Program-made: the position numbers and the translations under genes
Notes under the pieces: generated by a model
The model's database searches: none
Told to the model about the DNA's origin: nothing
The model's input: the letters and a program-made list of their open reading frames with translations, nothing else
Shown: in pieces, positions 18,111 to 28,920 of the stretch
Position numbering within the stretch: position 1 is the first letter of the stretch
Layout: the number at the start of each line of letters is the position of its first letter
From: Actinomycetota bacterium
GTDB taxonomy: Bacteria > Actinomycetota > CADDZG01 > WHSQ01
Direction of reading: 5' to 3'
Assembly: GCA_016781115.1 (NCBI GenBank)
Contig: JADDQX010000001.1
Coordinates: 1-42,036, forward strand
Length of the DNA: 42,036 bases

Positions 18111-19409
18111 CTAGAGAGCCTCCATCCTGTCGAAGATCGTCTGGGCATTACGTACGTAGCGTTCCTCGTCGAAGCACTGCTCGATCTCGTCCGGATCGAG
18201 ATGTTGGGTGACATCGGGGTCGGACTTCAGAAGCTCCTTCAGTGGCCGAGCCTCGTCCCACGCCGTCATCGCGTTGCGCTGAACCAACGCATATGCGTCC
18301 TCCCGCTGCAGCGTCCCCTTCGCGAGCAACATCGTGAGGACGCTCTGCGAGTGCACCAACCCCCATGACGCGTTGAGGTTGTCCAGCATCCGGTCCGGAT
18401 AGACGACGAGCCCGTCGATGACCCAGCGCATCTTCTCCAGCATGTAGTCGAGCAACAGGCAGGCATCCGCGAAGGTCACGCGCTCGACCGAAGAGTGCGA
18501 GATGTCCCGCTCGTGCCACAGCGCGACGTTCTCGAAACCCGTCTGCGCGTACGAACGCAGCAACCGGGCTAGCCCGCTGATGCGCTCGCTCACGATCGGG
18601 TTCCGCTTGTGTGGCATGGCCGACGAGCCCTTCTGCCCTTGCGCGAACGGCTCTTCCACCTCTCTCACCTCCGTGCGCTGGAGGTGGCGGATCTCCTGAG
18701 CGAAACGTTCCAGAGAGGCTCCCGTGACCGCGATCGCCGCGAGGAACTGAGCGTGGCGGTCGCGGGCCACTACCTGCGTAGCGGCCTCCTCTATCCCCAA
18801 CCCGAGGCGGTCGCAGATGTAGGCCTCGACCTCGGGGGACAGTTGCGAGTAGGTCCCAACCGCACCTGAGATCTTGCCCACCGCGATCTCGTCTCGGGCG
18901 CGACGCAACCGTTCCCGGTCGCGGGCGAGCTCGAAGACCCACCCGGCTAACTTCGCGCCGAAGGTGGTGGGCTCGGCGTGAACACCATGAGTACGGCCCG
19001 CCATCAACGTGCCCTTGTGCTCCACTGCCTTCCGCCGGACCGCCTCGGTCAGCCGCCCGATGCCCTCCAGGAGCAGGTCTCCTGCATCGCGAAGAGCGAC
19101 CGCCGTCGCCGTATCGAGCACGTCCGACGACGTCATGCCGTAGTGGATGTGGCGTCCTGCCTCGCCGACGTTCTCCCTGACGTTCTCGACGAACGCGACT
19201 ACGTCATGATGACGCGTCGCCTCGATCTCCTCGATCCGGGCGACGTCGAAGGCCGCCTTCTGCTTTATCTCGGTCAGGTCCTCGACCTCGACCTGTCCCA
19301 GGCGAACCCGGGCCTCTACGGCGAGGATCTCGATCTCGAGCCAGCGGGAGAACTTCGCCCGTTCCGAGAAGATCTGAGACATCTCCTCGCGGCTGTAACG
19401 GGGGATCAC
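18111..19409 (-). CDS. purB: Adenylosuccinate lyase
   Basis: A 432-aa ORF with a GTG start. It carries the fumarate-lyase signature GSSAMPHKRNP and directly abuts the purC start. Confidence 0.93.
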   Translation of the reverse strand: MIPRYSREEMSQIFSERAKFSRWLEIEILAVEARVRLGQVEVEDLTEIKQKAAFDVARIEEIEATRHHDVVAFVENVRENVGEAGRHIHYGMTSSDVLDTATAVALRDAGDLLLEGIGRLTEAVRRKAVEHKGTLMAGRTHGVHAEPTTFGAKLAGWVFELARDRERLRRARDEIAVGKISGAVGTYSQLSPEVEAYICDRLGLGIEEAATQVVARDRHAQFLAAIAVTGASLERFAQEIRHLQRTEVREVEEPFAQGQKGSSAMPHKRNPIVSERISGLARLLRSYAQTGFENVALWHERDISHSSVERVTFADACLLLDYMLEKMRWVIDGLVVYPDRMLDNLNASWGLVHSQSVLTMLLAKGTLQREDAYALVQRNAMTAWDEARPLKELLKSDPDVTQHLDPDEIEQCFDEERYVRNAQTIFDRMEAL

Positions 19410-20008
19410 GAGGCCATCCTAGTAACCGGTTCCGTAGGAGCGAGCAGGGTCTGGACCGTCTCTTCGACCAGACCCTGGATCTCGTGATCCAGCGCAGAAC
19501 CCGAGATCAGCGAGCGACGGATCGCCGCCTGCGGCACGTCCAACAATGCGAAGCGAGCTAGAGCGAGCGATATCCCCGGGACGCGGGCGGCGAAGGTTCT
19601 CAGGCCGTCGGTGATGTCGTTCGCCAGCCGGACGGCACGCCGGCTGAGGACCGGCGGCCACTCGGTTGTGGTGAACCCGCCGCGGGGATACAGGAGGAAG
19701 AACGCGGCCTCGCCGGGGCGTCGCCGCGCCCAATCGAGCATCAGATCTACGGCCGCCAGCGCGCCGCCAGCCGGATCGGTGGCGGCCAGGGCGTCGCGCA
19801 GCTGCGCCTGGAAGCGCTCCCCCGTCCGCAGCCAGGCCGACGCCATCAACGCGTCTCGGGATGGGAAGCGGTGATAGATCGAGCCGCTGGGCGCCCCCAG
19901 CACGTCCGCGACCATGGCTATGGTGACCTCGGCGGGGCCGCGGCGCCGCAGCACTTCGATCACGGCGTCGAGGATCTGCTCGCTCGAGTACTTCGGGGGC
20001 CGCGCCAC
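19406..20008 (-). CDS. TetR/AcrR family transcriptional regulator
   Basis: A 200-aa ORF with the N-terminal HTH pattern ILDAVIEVLRRRGPAEVTIAMVADVLGAPSGSIYHRFPSRDAL. It has a GTG start, and its stop overlaps the purB start by 4 nt. Confidence 0.88.
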   Translation of the reverse strand: MARPPKYSSEQILDAVIEVLRRRGPAEVTIAMVADVLGAPSGSIYHRFPSRDALMASAWLRTGERFQAQLRDALAATDPAGGALAAVDLMLDWARRRPGEAAFFLLYPRGGFTTTEWPPVLSRRAVRLANDITDGLRTFAARVPGISLALARFALLDVPQAAIRRSLISGSALDHEIQGLVEETVQTLLAPTEPVTRMAS

Positions 20009-20013
20009 AATAT

Positions 20014-20045
20014 GAGGCTAGCCTCCTAAACCGTTCTAGAGACGG
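20014..20045. promoter_or_regulatory. Candidate operator region upstream of tetR: perfect 12-bp palindrome GAGGCTAGCCTC plus imperfect palindrome CCGTTCTAGAGACGG
   Basis: GAGGCTAGCCTC (20014-20025) is its own reverse complement and starts 6 nt upstream of the tetR GTG (20008). CCGT-TCTAGA-G-ACGG (20031-20045) is a near-palindrome. Confidence 0.35.
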
Positions 20046-20084
20046 ATTTCGCTTTCGAGTCCTTGGTCGAAGTTCCGCAACGCC

Positions 20085-20456
20085 TTACAGCGAGCGACCC
20101 AGGCTCTGTCCCAGCCACACCGCGGCCAGTCCCGCGACCACCGACGCCAGGACGTTCATGATCGCAAGCCCGAACGACCCGACGCCACCCAGGTCGATCG
20201 TCTCCAATGCGAAGGTCGAAAACGTCGTATAGGCGCCGATGAACCCGACCGTGATCCCCACACGGAGGTCGGGGTGGAGGGGCGGCGAGTGGGCGAAGAA
20301 GCCGACCAGCAACCCCAGCAGGAAAGACCCCGTGATGTTGACGACGAACGTCCCCCACGGGAATGCCTCGTCGGGGTAGCTGATAAGTCCCGCGACGAGG
20401 TAGCGGGCGATCGCGCCCAGGAAGCCGCCGACACCGACCCAGAGTGCGGTGCGCAC
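20085..20456 (-). CDS. crcB: Fluoride ion channel CrcB/FluC
   Basis: A 123-aa ORF with 4 TM segments. Signature residues are [25 protein letters not shown] and TTFSTFALE. Confidence 0.9.
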   Translation of the reverse strand: MRTALWVGVGGFLGAIARYLVAGLISYPDEAFPWGTFVVNITGSFLLGLLVGFFAHSPPLHPDLRVGITVGFIGAYTTFSTFALETIDLGGVGSFGLAIMNVLASVVAGLAAVWLGQSLGRSL

Positions 20457-20459
20457 GCG

Positions 20460-20924
20460 CTAGAGCTTGAGGCCTTGGGAGAGCTCGATCTTGTAGTCGC
20501 GAAGTCTTGCGCGCAGCTCTTCGTCGCCCGTGGCCAGGATCTGGGCGGCCAGGACCGCGGCGTTCTTGGAGCCGCCGATGGCGACCGTCGCCACCGGCAC
20601 GCCCGGCGGCATCTGCACGCAGGAGTAGAGCGCGTCGGCGCCCCCTAGTGCCTCCTGATAGAGCGGCACGCCGATGACGGGCAAGGTCGTATGCGCGGCC
20701 ACCACCCCTGGGAGGTGGGCGGCAAGGCCGGCTCCCGCGATCAGGACACGCAACCCGCGCTCCTCGGCGCCGCTTGCGTACTCGCTTACGCGTCCCGGCT
20801 TCCGGTGAGCAGACATGACCTCGCTCTCGAACCGGATGCCGAAACGCTCGAGCACCGCGTGCGCCTTGTCCATCACCGGACGGTCCGAATCGCTTCCCAT
20901 GAGTATGCCGACGAGCGGATCCAA
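20460..20924 (-). CDS. purE: 5-(carboxyamino)imidazole ribonucleotide mutase (PurE)
   Basis: A 154-aa ORF with GSDSD, SAHRKP and [23 protein letters not shown] motifs. Confidence 0.92.
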   Translation of the reverse strand: MDPLVGILMGSDSDRPVMDKAHAVLERFGIRFESEVMSAHRKPGRVSEYASGAEERGLRVLIAGAGLAAHLPGVVAAHTTLPVIGVPLYQEALGGADALYSCVQMPPGVPVATVAIGGSKNAAVLAAQILATGDEELRARLRDYKIELSQGLKL

Positions 20925-20925
20925 A

Positions 20926-22212
20926 TCAGAGACTCCCTTCGTTTTGCTCGGCCCTGCGGGCGATATCGCCGCGCAGGTGCTTACCTTCGAACTCGATCAT
21001 CCCCGCCGCTCGATAGGCGCGGGCGCGGGCTGCCGCGAACGAATCTCCCATCGCAGAGACCGCCAGCACCCGTCCTCCGCTCGTCACGACGCGGTCGCCC
21101 TCCCTCCTGGTGCCCGAGTGGAAAACGACGACCTTCTCCAGAACGCTAGCGGCGTTCAGCCCGCTGATCTCATGACCGGTCTGGTGGGGTCCGGGATATC
21201 CACCGGAGGCGAGGACGACGGTGACGCACGGATCCGGCGACCATTCCAGCTTCGTGTCGGGTCCGAAGGAGCCGGTCGCGGCCGCCAGTGCCACCTCGCC
21301 CAGGTCGGAGCGCAGACGGGGCAGTAACGCCTGAGTCTCGGGGTCTCCGAAGCGGGCGTTGAACTCGATCACCTTCGGCCCCTTGCTCGTCAGCGCCAAC
21401 CCGGCGTAGAGCGCGCCGACGAAGGGAGCGTCCTCCGCGGCCGTCTGGCGCACCAGCGGCTCGATCACCTCGCGCACTATCTGCTCGACGAGCGCCGGCG
21501 GGCATGCCGGGACCGGGCTGTACGACCCCATCCCGCCGGTATTCGGCCCGGCGTCGCCGTCCAGCGCCCGCTTGTAATCCTGAGCGGGCTCGCACGCGAC
21601 GACGTGGCTGCCGTCGCTGAAGGCGATCAGGGACGCCTCCTCCCCGTCGAGGAACTCCTCGATGACGATGCTGGCTCCGGCCGCCCCGAAGCGATGCTCC
21701 ACGAGGCGCTCCTTGACGGCTCGAACGGCCTCATCGCGCTCAGCGGTCACGACCACGCCCTTACCGGCAGCCAACCCGTCCGCCTTGATGACGTATGGCG
21801 GCCCGATCTCGTCGAGGTAGGCGGTCGCTTCATCGGGATCGGCAAAGGTTCGCCACGCGGCGGTCGGTATCTGGGCTCGCTCCATCAGGGCCTTCGCGTA
21901 GGACTTGGAGCCCTCGATACGTGCGGCCGCGCGGGAAGGGCCGAATACCGGCACGCCGGCATCCCTCACCGCGTCGGCTACGCCTGCTACGAGCGGCGCC
22001 TCGGGACCTACGACGACGAGGTCGAAACGAGCACGTCGAACGAGCCCGGCGACCCCGGTCGGATCTTCGATATCGCATGCCACGATCTCCGCGAGCTCGG
22101 CTATCCCCGGGTTCCCCGGCGCCGCTACCAGTTCATCGATGCAGGCCGAGCGCGACAACGACCACGCAAGAGCGTTCTCGCGGCCGCCGGACCCGAGCAG
22201 CAAAACCCTCAA
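20926..22212 (-). CDS. purD: Phosphoribosylamine--glycine ligase
   Basis: A 428-aa ORF with an ATP-grasp pattern (VLLLGSGGRENALAWSL, VIKADGLAAGKGV, EFNARFGDPE). Confidence 0.93.
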   Translation of the reverse strand: MRVLLLGSGGRENALAWSLSRSACIDELVAAPGNPGIAELAEIVACDIEDPTGVAGLVRRARFDLVVVGPEAPLVAGVADAVRDAGVPVFGPSRAAARIEGSKSYAKALMERAQIPTAAWRTFADPDEATAYLDEIGPPYVIKADGLAAGKGVVVTAERDEAVRAVKERLVEHRFGAAGASIVIEEFLDGEEASLIAFSDGSHVVACEPAQDYKRALDGDAGPNTGGMGSYSPVPACPPALVEQIVREVIEPLVRQTAAEDAPFVGALYAGLALTSKGPKVIEFNARFGDPETQALLPRLRSDLGEVALAAATGSFGPDTKLEWSPDPCVTVVLASGGYPGPHQTGHEISGLNAASVLEKVVVFHSGTRREGDRVVTSGGRVLAVSAMGDSFAAARARAYRAAGMIEFEGKHLRGDIARRAEQNEGSL

Positions 22213-22222
22213 CGCGGCGTCG

Positions 22223-23726
<1,504 letters not shown>

Positions 23727-23941
23727 GAGCAGCCCTCCTTGAGCTTCCGGACCCGGGACCGGATCCCGCGGCGCGGCGATTGTACTTAGCAGCCGGGGCC
23801 GGAACGCGGCTCCACGGCGACAGAGAACCGCAACTAGAGGCTAAACAAGGGCGAAGGAGGCGCCGATATACGCTGTCCGCGGAAGTTGCGTGGAAGATGT
23901 ATCGCGTTGTTGCTGTGGGCACCCACCTGAGGGGACAGACG

Positions 23942-24745
23942 ATGGACCTCTTCCAGACCGCACTGCTGGGCCTCTTGGCCCTCGGCGTCATCGTGCTCGG
24001 GGCGCTGCTGGCGACTCTCGTCGGTATCAGGCGGGCCGTCGAGGAGAGCGCCAACTCGGCTCAGCTCGGTAGCCTTCCGGCGCTGGGTGGCGAACCCGGC
24101 TCCGCCACAACGGCACCCGCTACCGGAACGGAAGCGGAGACCGCCGGCAGCGGAGCACCCGCCTCCACGGAACCCTCCACCGAGCAGGGGGCCCGCGGAT
24201 ACGGCGCGGTGGAGGTGGAGCCCGTGCAGACAGCCACCCCTGCTGTATCCGCGGCCTCCGCTCCGCCGGGGAGCGCAGAACCAGCGGCCTCCACCAGCGG
24301 AACCGGTCATGCGGCCACGATCCGCTCGGTGCTAGAGCAACACGGCCTCGGCGAGACCGGGTCCTCCGGCGCCATTCATCAGGAGCCTCAGGCTCAGCCC
24401 GCGGTCGAGGAGCCGGTCGTGGAGAGCGTTTTCGCGGCGCATGCCGACGATCCCCAAGAGGAGCCGTTCCAGCGGGAGGGACGCTGGTGGTTCCGCCGTG
24501 GCGACGAGCTCCTGCTCTACGACGAGGCGACGGGGCAATGGCAGCCGGCGCCGGAAGTCGCGCTGCCCGGACAGCCGGCCAGCATGCCGGCCGCGCAACA
24601 AGCCACCCAGCAGGCAGCGACCGCGACGGCGCCTATGTCGACCGTCGCCGATCAAGCCGCGAGCTTCTGGAAGTGCGCCACCTGCGGAGCGGTGAACGGC
24701 TCCACAGCGGCAACGTGCCGGATGTGCTTCGCGGCGCGTCCCTAA
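23942..24745 (+). CDS. Single-pass membrane protein with a long Ala/Pro/Thr/Gln-rich linker, a Trp-rich motif and a C-terminal CxxC...CxxC zinc ribbon (RanBP2-like)
   Basis: ATG at 23942 (MDLFQTALLGLLALGVIVLGALLATLVGI) is preceded by GAGGGG at a 7-nt spacing. The C-terminus reads WKCATCGAVNGSTAATCRMCFAARP. The upstream 54 codons of ORF 23780..24745 lack coding character. Confidence 0.7.
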   Translation: MDLFQTALLGLLALGVIVLGALLATLVGIRRAVEESANSAQLGSLPALGGEPGSATTAPATGTEAETAGSGAPASTEPSTEQGARGYGAVEVEPVQTATPAVSAASAPPGSAEPAASTSGTGHAATIRSVLEQHGLGETGSSGAIHQEPQAQPAVEEPVVESVFAAHADDPQEEPFQREGRWWFRRGDELLLYDEATGQWQPAPEVALPGQPASMPAAQQATQQAATATAPMSTVADQAASFWKCATCGAVNGSTAATCRMCFAARP

Positions 24746-25047
24746 GGGACGTCTCGTCGCGGGTCCTGCTCCGAGATCCGCTCTAGGTACGGGCTCACCC
24801 CCGGCAGCCTCAGGTCGCGTCCGGATGCGGCAAGCCCGATCGCCAAGACCCACACCACTGCGCCGGCCGCGAACACCACCCGGGTGAACGAGGCAGAGAT
24901 GATCGATGCGCCATAGAGAGCAATCGGCCAGATCAGCCCGATCAAGATGGCCTGGACGCCATGGAAGCGCGTTCTGGCATCCGGACCGAACAGGAAAGCG
25001 GCGAGGCCCGTCACCGGGAGCAACAGGTACGCCAACGCCGCCATCAT
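24742..25047 (-). CDS. Small integral membrane protein (about 3 TM)
   Basis: The ATGATG at 25047/25044 gives MMAALAYLLLPVTGLAAFLFGPDARTRFHGVQAILIGLIWPIALYG.... The rest of ORF 24742..25389 overlaps the divergent Trx-domain gene. Confidence 0.6.
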   Translation of the reverse strand: MMAALAYLLLPVTGLAAFLFGPDARTRFHGVQAILIGLIWPIALYGASIISASFTRVVFAAGAVVWVLAIGLAASGRDLRLPGVSPYLERISEQDPRRDVP

Positions 25048-25120
25048 TGCATCGTAAGGAGTAGGCGCGCTCGAGCTGCCGGCGGGGGTTCCTTCCCGCG
25101 GGAGCGGGGATGATGAGGCG

Positions 25121-27112
25121 ATGACGAATCGCCTGGCGCAAGAGACGAGCCCGTACCTGCTCCAACACCAACACAACCCCGTCGACTGGTACCCGTGGGG
25201 AGAAGAGGCGCTCGAGCGAGCCAAGCGCGAGGACAAGCCCATCCTCCTGTCCGTTGGGTACGCGGCCTGCCACTGGTGCCACGTGATGGAGAGAGAGTCG
25301 TTCGAAGACGAGGCCACCGCGGCGGTGATGAACGAACACTTCGTGTGCGTGAAGGTCGATCGCGAGGAGCGCCCCGACATCGATGCCATCTATATGGATG
25401 CCGTGCAGGCCATGACCGGGCAGGGCGGGTGGCCGATGACGGTGTTTCTCACCCCGGACGGGAAGCCCTTCTATGGTGGCACTTACTTCCCGCCCCAGGA
25501 CCGCCATGGGCTGCCTTCCTTCACGCGGCTGCTGGAAGCCGTCGCCGAGGCGTGGCGGGACCGACGCCACGACGTCGAGCTGCAGGGCAAGCAGCTGGTC
25601 GAACAGATGGATCCTCTAGCTCGGCTGCGACCGAGCAACGAGCTCGTCACGAGCCAGATCCTGGACCAAGCCTTCGCCGGCCTCCGCTCCTCTTTCGACG
25701 CTGAATGGGGAGGCTTCGGGCGAGCCCCGAAGTTCCCTCAGCCGATGACGCTCGACCTGGCGATGCGGCTGGACAGGCGAGGGCGCGGCGACGCCCGTCA
25801 GATGGTGCGGCGGACGCTCGATGCGATGGCTGCCGGCGGCATGTTCGATCAACTGGCCGGAGGCTTCGCGCGCTACTCCGTGGACCGCTACTGGTTAGTT
25901 CCGCACTTCGAGAAGATGCTCTACGACAACGCCCAGCTGCTGCGGATGTATGCACGGTCGTGGCAGGTCTCGGCGAACGACCGGGATGCCGAGGTAGCGC
26001 GCGCTACCGCCGGGTGGATGTTGACCGAGATGAGCGATCCCGCGGGCGGGTTTTGGTCCTCGCTCGACGCAGACTCTGAAGGCGAAGAGGGGAAGTTCTA
26101 CGTATGGTCTCTCGACGAGGTGCGAGAGGTAGCAGGCGCCGATCTCGCCGCCGCCGTTGCTCACTGGGGCTTCACGGAACAAGGCAACTTCGAGGGCAAG
26201 AACATCCCGGTCTACGCAGGCGATCCGCCGGATCCGGCCGCGATCGCGCGCGCTCGTGCCGCGCTGCTGGAACGGCGGTCACAACGGGTTCGCCCGGGCA
26301 CCGACGACAAAGTGCTCACCGCGTGGAACGCTCTGGCCGCCTCGGCTCTCGCAGAAGCGGGAACGATCCTGCAAGAGAAGGAGTGGGTGGACGTGGCCGC
26401 GCGCGCGTTGACGTTCATCTTCGACACCCTCCTCGTCGACGGACGGCTGATGCGGGCTTACCGGCACGGGACGATCAACCACCTCGGGTTCTCGGAGGAT
26501 TACGCGTTCGTACTGGAGGCGTGCCTGTCGCTTTACGAGGCGACGTTGGACGAGATCTGGCTCGAGCGCGGAAGGTGGATCGCAGACGAAGCGGTCCGGC
26601 TCTTCCACGACCCCGTCGCCGGAGGTTTCTTCACCACGGGCTCGGACGCGGAGCAGCTTGTGACGCGGGCGAAAGATCTCGTAGACAACGCGATCCCTGC
26701 GGCCAACTCGGTGTTTGCCCTCGAACTGCAACGGCTCGCTTTGTTCACGGGGGAGGCGTCGTACGAAGAGAAGGGTGTGCAGGTGATCAGGTTGCTGCAC
26801 CAGGCGATGACGCGGTCGCCGCTGGGGTTCGCTCATCTGCTGTGCGCCGTCGACTTCTACACGGGAGATCCGACCGAGATCGTAGTGATCGGGGAGCAGG
26901 GGACGCACGACACCGAGGCTCTGCTGCACGTCGTTCGCGCGACCTACGTGCCGAACAGCATCTTGCTGCTGGCGGAGCAGGGGCGAGAGGAACCGCCGCT
27001 CCTTCGCGGCAAGGTGAAGATCGAGGGCCGCGCGACCGTCTATGTCTGCCATCGCGGCGCCTGCAGGGCGCCGGTTACGGACCCGCAAGAGCTTCCCGCG
27101 CAACTCGTGTGA
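25121..27112 (+). CDS. Thioredoxin-domain protein of the YyaL/DUF255 type with a C-terminal alpha/alpha-toroid (N-acylglucosamine-epimerase-like) domain
   Basis: A 663-aa ORF. The N-terminus [48 protein letters not shown] is the characteristic DUF255 signature. Confidence 0.88.
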   Translation: MTNRLAQETSPYLLQHQHNPVDWYPWGEEALERAKREDKPILLSVGYAACHWCHVMERESFEDEATAAVMNEHFVCVKVDREERPDIDAIYMDAVQAMTGQGGWPMTVFLTPDGKPFYGGTYFPPQDRHGLPSFTRLLEAVAEAWRDRRHDVELQGKQLVEQMDPLARLRPSNELVTSQILDQAFAGLRSSFDAEWGGFGRAPKFPQPMTLDLAMRLDRRGRGDARQMVRRTLDAMAAGGMFDQLAGGFARYSVDRYWLVPHFEKMLYDNAQLLRMYARSWQVSANDRDAEVARATAGWMLTEMSDPAGGFWSSLDADSEGEEGKFYVWSLDEVREVAGADLAAAVAHWGFTEQGNFEGKNIPVYAGDPPDPAAIARARAALLERRSQRVRPGTDDKVLTAWNALAASALAEAGTILQEKEWVDVAARALTFIFDTLLVDGRLMRAYRHGTINHLGFSEDYAFVLEACLSLYEATLDEIWLERGRWIADEAVRLFHDPVAGGFFTTGSDAEQLVTRAKDLVDNAIPAANSVFALELQRLALFTGEASYEEKGVQVIRLLHQAMTRSPLGFAHLLCAVDFYTGDPTEIVVIGEQGTHDTEALLHVVRATYVPNSILLLAEQGREEPPLLRGKVKIEGRATVYVCHRGACRAPVTDPQELPAQLV

Positions 27113-27113
27113 C

Positions 27114-27542
27114 ATGAGTGGGATCAAGATCAACCGCTCGCTGACGGTGCCCGACCAGGAGATCGAGTTCCGCTTCACCACCTCCGGGGGTCCCGGTGGG
27201 CAACACGCGAACAAGGCTTCGACGCGCGTGGAGTTGATCTGGAACGTCGACAACTCTGCCGTGCTGGGGCCGCGCCAACGCAGGCGTCTGCATGAATCTC
27301 TCCGCCACCGGATCGACTCGGCGGGAAACCTGCGACTGGCGAGCGACCGCAACCGGTCACAGCTGCAGAACCGCAACGACGTCATCCAGCGCTTCCGAAC
27401 GCTCGTTAGCCACGCCCTCGTTCCTCCGAAGAAGCGTGTGGAGACGAAGCCCAGCAGAGCTGCCAAGGAGAAGCGGCTGAGTCAGAAGAAACAACGTAGC
27501 GACGTGAAGCAGCTGCGTAAGGTGCGTCTAGACGAGCTCTAG
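27114..27542 (+). CDS. arfB: Alternative ribosome-rescue factor ArfB (peptidyl-tRNA hydrolase, GGQ domain plus basic C-tail)
   Basis: The ATG at 27114 is 1 nt after the preceding stop. The protein has the GGQ motif SGGPGGQHANKASTRVEL and a Lys/Arg-rich C-terminal tail. Confidence 0.88.
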   Translation: MSGIKINRSLTVPDQEIEFRFTTSGGPGGQHANKASTRVELIWNVDNSAVLGPRQRRRLHESLRHRIDSAGNLRLASDRNRSQLQNRNDVIQRFRTLVSHALVPPKKRVETKPSRAAKEKRLSQKKQRSDVKQLRKVRLDEL

Positions 27543-28903
27543 CCGGCGGTGGCGAGCTCGAGCAGCGAATCGGCGACATGGTCCCACGACCAGCGCTCGT
27601 GTGCGAGGCGGACCGCCACCTGTTCGAGACCCACGCGCTGTTCCAGCGGTATCTCCAGCACCCGGTCGATAGCGGCCGCCAGCGCCGGTATCGGATCCGC
27701 CGGATCGAACGTGAGCAAGCCAGGACGGCCTATCGCCTGCTCGATCGCGGCCCCCGCCTCGCCTATCCCGGAATGAGCTGGAACGATCGGGAGGACCCCC
27801 GCCGCAGCCGCTTCCGCCGCGACCATCCCGAACGCCTCCGACACCACAGATGGCACCGCGAGCGTGTCGAACGTCGGCAGCGCCCTCGATAGCTCGTGGT
27901 GGTCGAGCCGCCCGGTGAACTCGATCTGGGTGGACCGCGCGGCGGCCACGTAATCTGCCGGAGCGGTCTCGAGGAACCGGACGAGATCCACCAGCGGGTG
28001 GGTTTCCCCGCCGCGGGCTACCGCAAGCATCTGCGGGATGTCACCACTGCCCACGGCTTGCGCGAGACAACGCAGGCCATCTTCGAACCCGCCATAGCCG
28101 ACGATCACCGCCCGCCGAACGCGCTCGCAGAGCGGGAGGGCCGCGATCAGGTGGTGAGCTCCCTTGGACGCGATCAGCTTCCCTACGAAACCGACCGTCC
28201 CGGTGTTGCTCGAGCGCGGTCGCGGCTGGAACACCTCGACGTCACAGCCGGGGTTGACCACGGCCGCTCGCTGCGCCCAGCCGGGAACGTGAGCCGCCGC
28301 CTCTTCCACCATGTAGCGGCTCCCACCAACGACCCCGGCGGCGGCGCCCAGCCCCGTCGCCGCGTATCGCGCGTAGCGAGCTTGCTTCTTCACCGCGTAC
28401 TCCAGCGCGCTCCCGTGAAGCTTCGCGATATAGGACCGTTCGCTCATCTCACAGGCGCGTCGCGCGATCTCAGGTCCCATGATCTCGTGGCCGGTGATGA
28501 TCGCGTCCGGCTCGAACGCGTTGATCGCGGTGACCATCGCTCGGACGTTGCGATCGGTGTAGTCCGCTAGCTCCTCATCAGACAGGTCGACGAATAGCTT
28601 CACGGTGAATCCGTCGTAGCGGTCGTAGACGTAGACCGGCAACAACGACCCGATATCTGGACGCGCCAGGCGGCAGCGTCCCGATGCCGCGATCGCGCCT
28701 GGTGAAGGGTCGAGCCGGAACGCTGTGTTGCCGGCGATGAAGTCTCCGGCCTCGTCGACGAACCCCACGCTTTGAGGTGCCCGTTCCTGGCACATCAGCA
28801 AGACGTCGTGGCCCTTGCGCCTCCAGCTGCGCGCCAGGTTGGAGGTGAACACGTTGGATCCAGAACCCGTGAGCAGGTAGCCGTGCCACAGCAGGATCTT
28901 CAT
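27539..28903 (-). CDS. Glycosyltransferase family 4 (GT-B fold)
   Basis: A 454-aa ORF with the N-terminal pattern GSGSNVFTSNLARSW and the C-terminal EAFGMVAAEAAAAGVLPIV (E-x7-E) motif. Confidence 0.85.
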   Translation of the reverse strand: MKILLWHGYLLTGSGSNVFTSNLARSWRRKGHDVLLMCQERAPQSVGFVDEAGDFIAGNTAFRLDPSPGAIAASGRCRLARPDIGSLLPVYVYDRYDGFTVKLFVDLSDEELADYTDRNVRAMVTAINAFEPDAIITGHEIMGPEIARRACEMSERSYIAKLHGSALEYAVKKQARYARYAATGLGAAAGVVGGSRYMVEEAAAHVPGWAQRAAVVNPGCDVEVFQPRPRSSNTGTVGFVGKLIASKGAHHLIAALPLCERVRRAVIVGYGGFEDGLRCLAQAVGSGDIPQMLAVARGGETHPLVDLVRFLETAPADYVAAARSTQIEFTGRLDHHELSRALPTFDTLAVPSVVSEAFGMVAAEAAAAGVLPIVPAHSGIGEAGAAIEQAIGRPGLLTFDPADPIPALAAAIDRVLEIPLEQRVGLEQVAVRLAHERWSWDHVADSLLELATAG

Positions 28904-28910
28904 CGCCCAG

Positions 28911-28920
28911 AACCTAAACT
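28911..28920. promoter_or_regulatory. Back-to-back overlapping -10-like hexamers (TAAACT on plus, TAGGTT on minus) in a 23-bp divergent spacer
   Basis: TAAACT (28915-28920) ends 6 nt before the ATG at 28927. TAGGTT (complement of 28911-28916) ends 7 nt before the ATG at 28903. Both fit TAnnnT. Confidence 0.4.

Noticed and set aside
20457-20459. Expected a fluoride riboswitch upstream of crcB.
   Set aside because: Only 3 nt separate crcB from purE, and the purE 3' coding sequence shows no resemblance to the compact crcB-motif pseudoknot that I could see.
23727-23941. A possible riboswitch (for example ZTP or purine) in the 215-bp leader region upstream of dodecin-purA.
   Set aside because: I could not find the conserved cores of the ZTP (pfl) or purine riboswitches on either strand. 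The region is better explained as divergent promoters. A covariance-model scan would be needed to exclude this fully.
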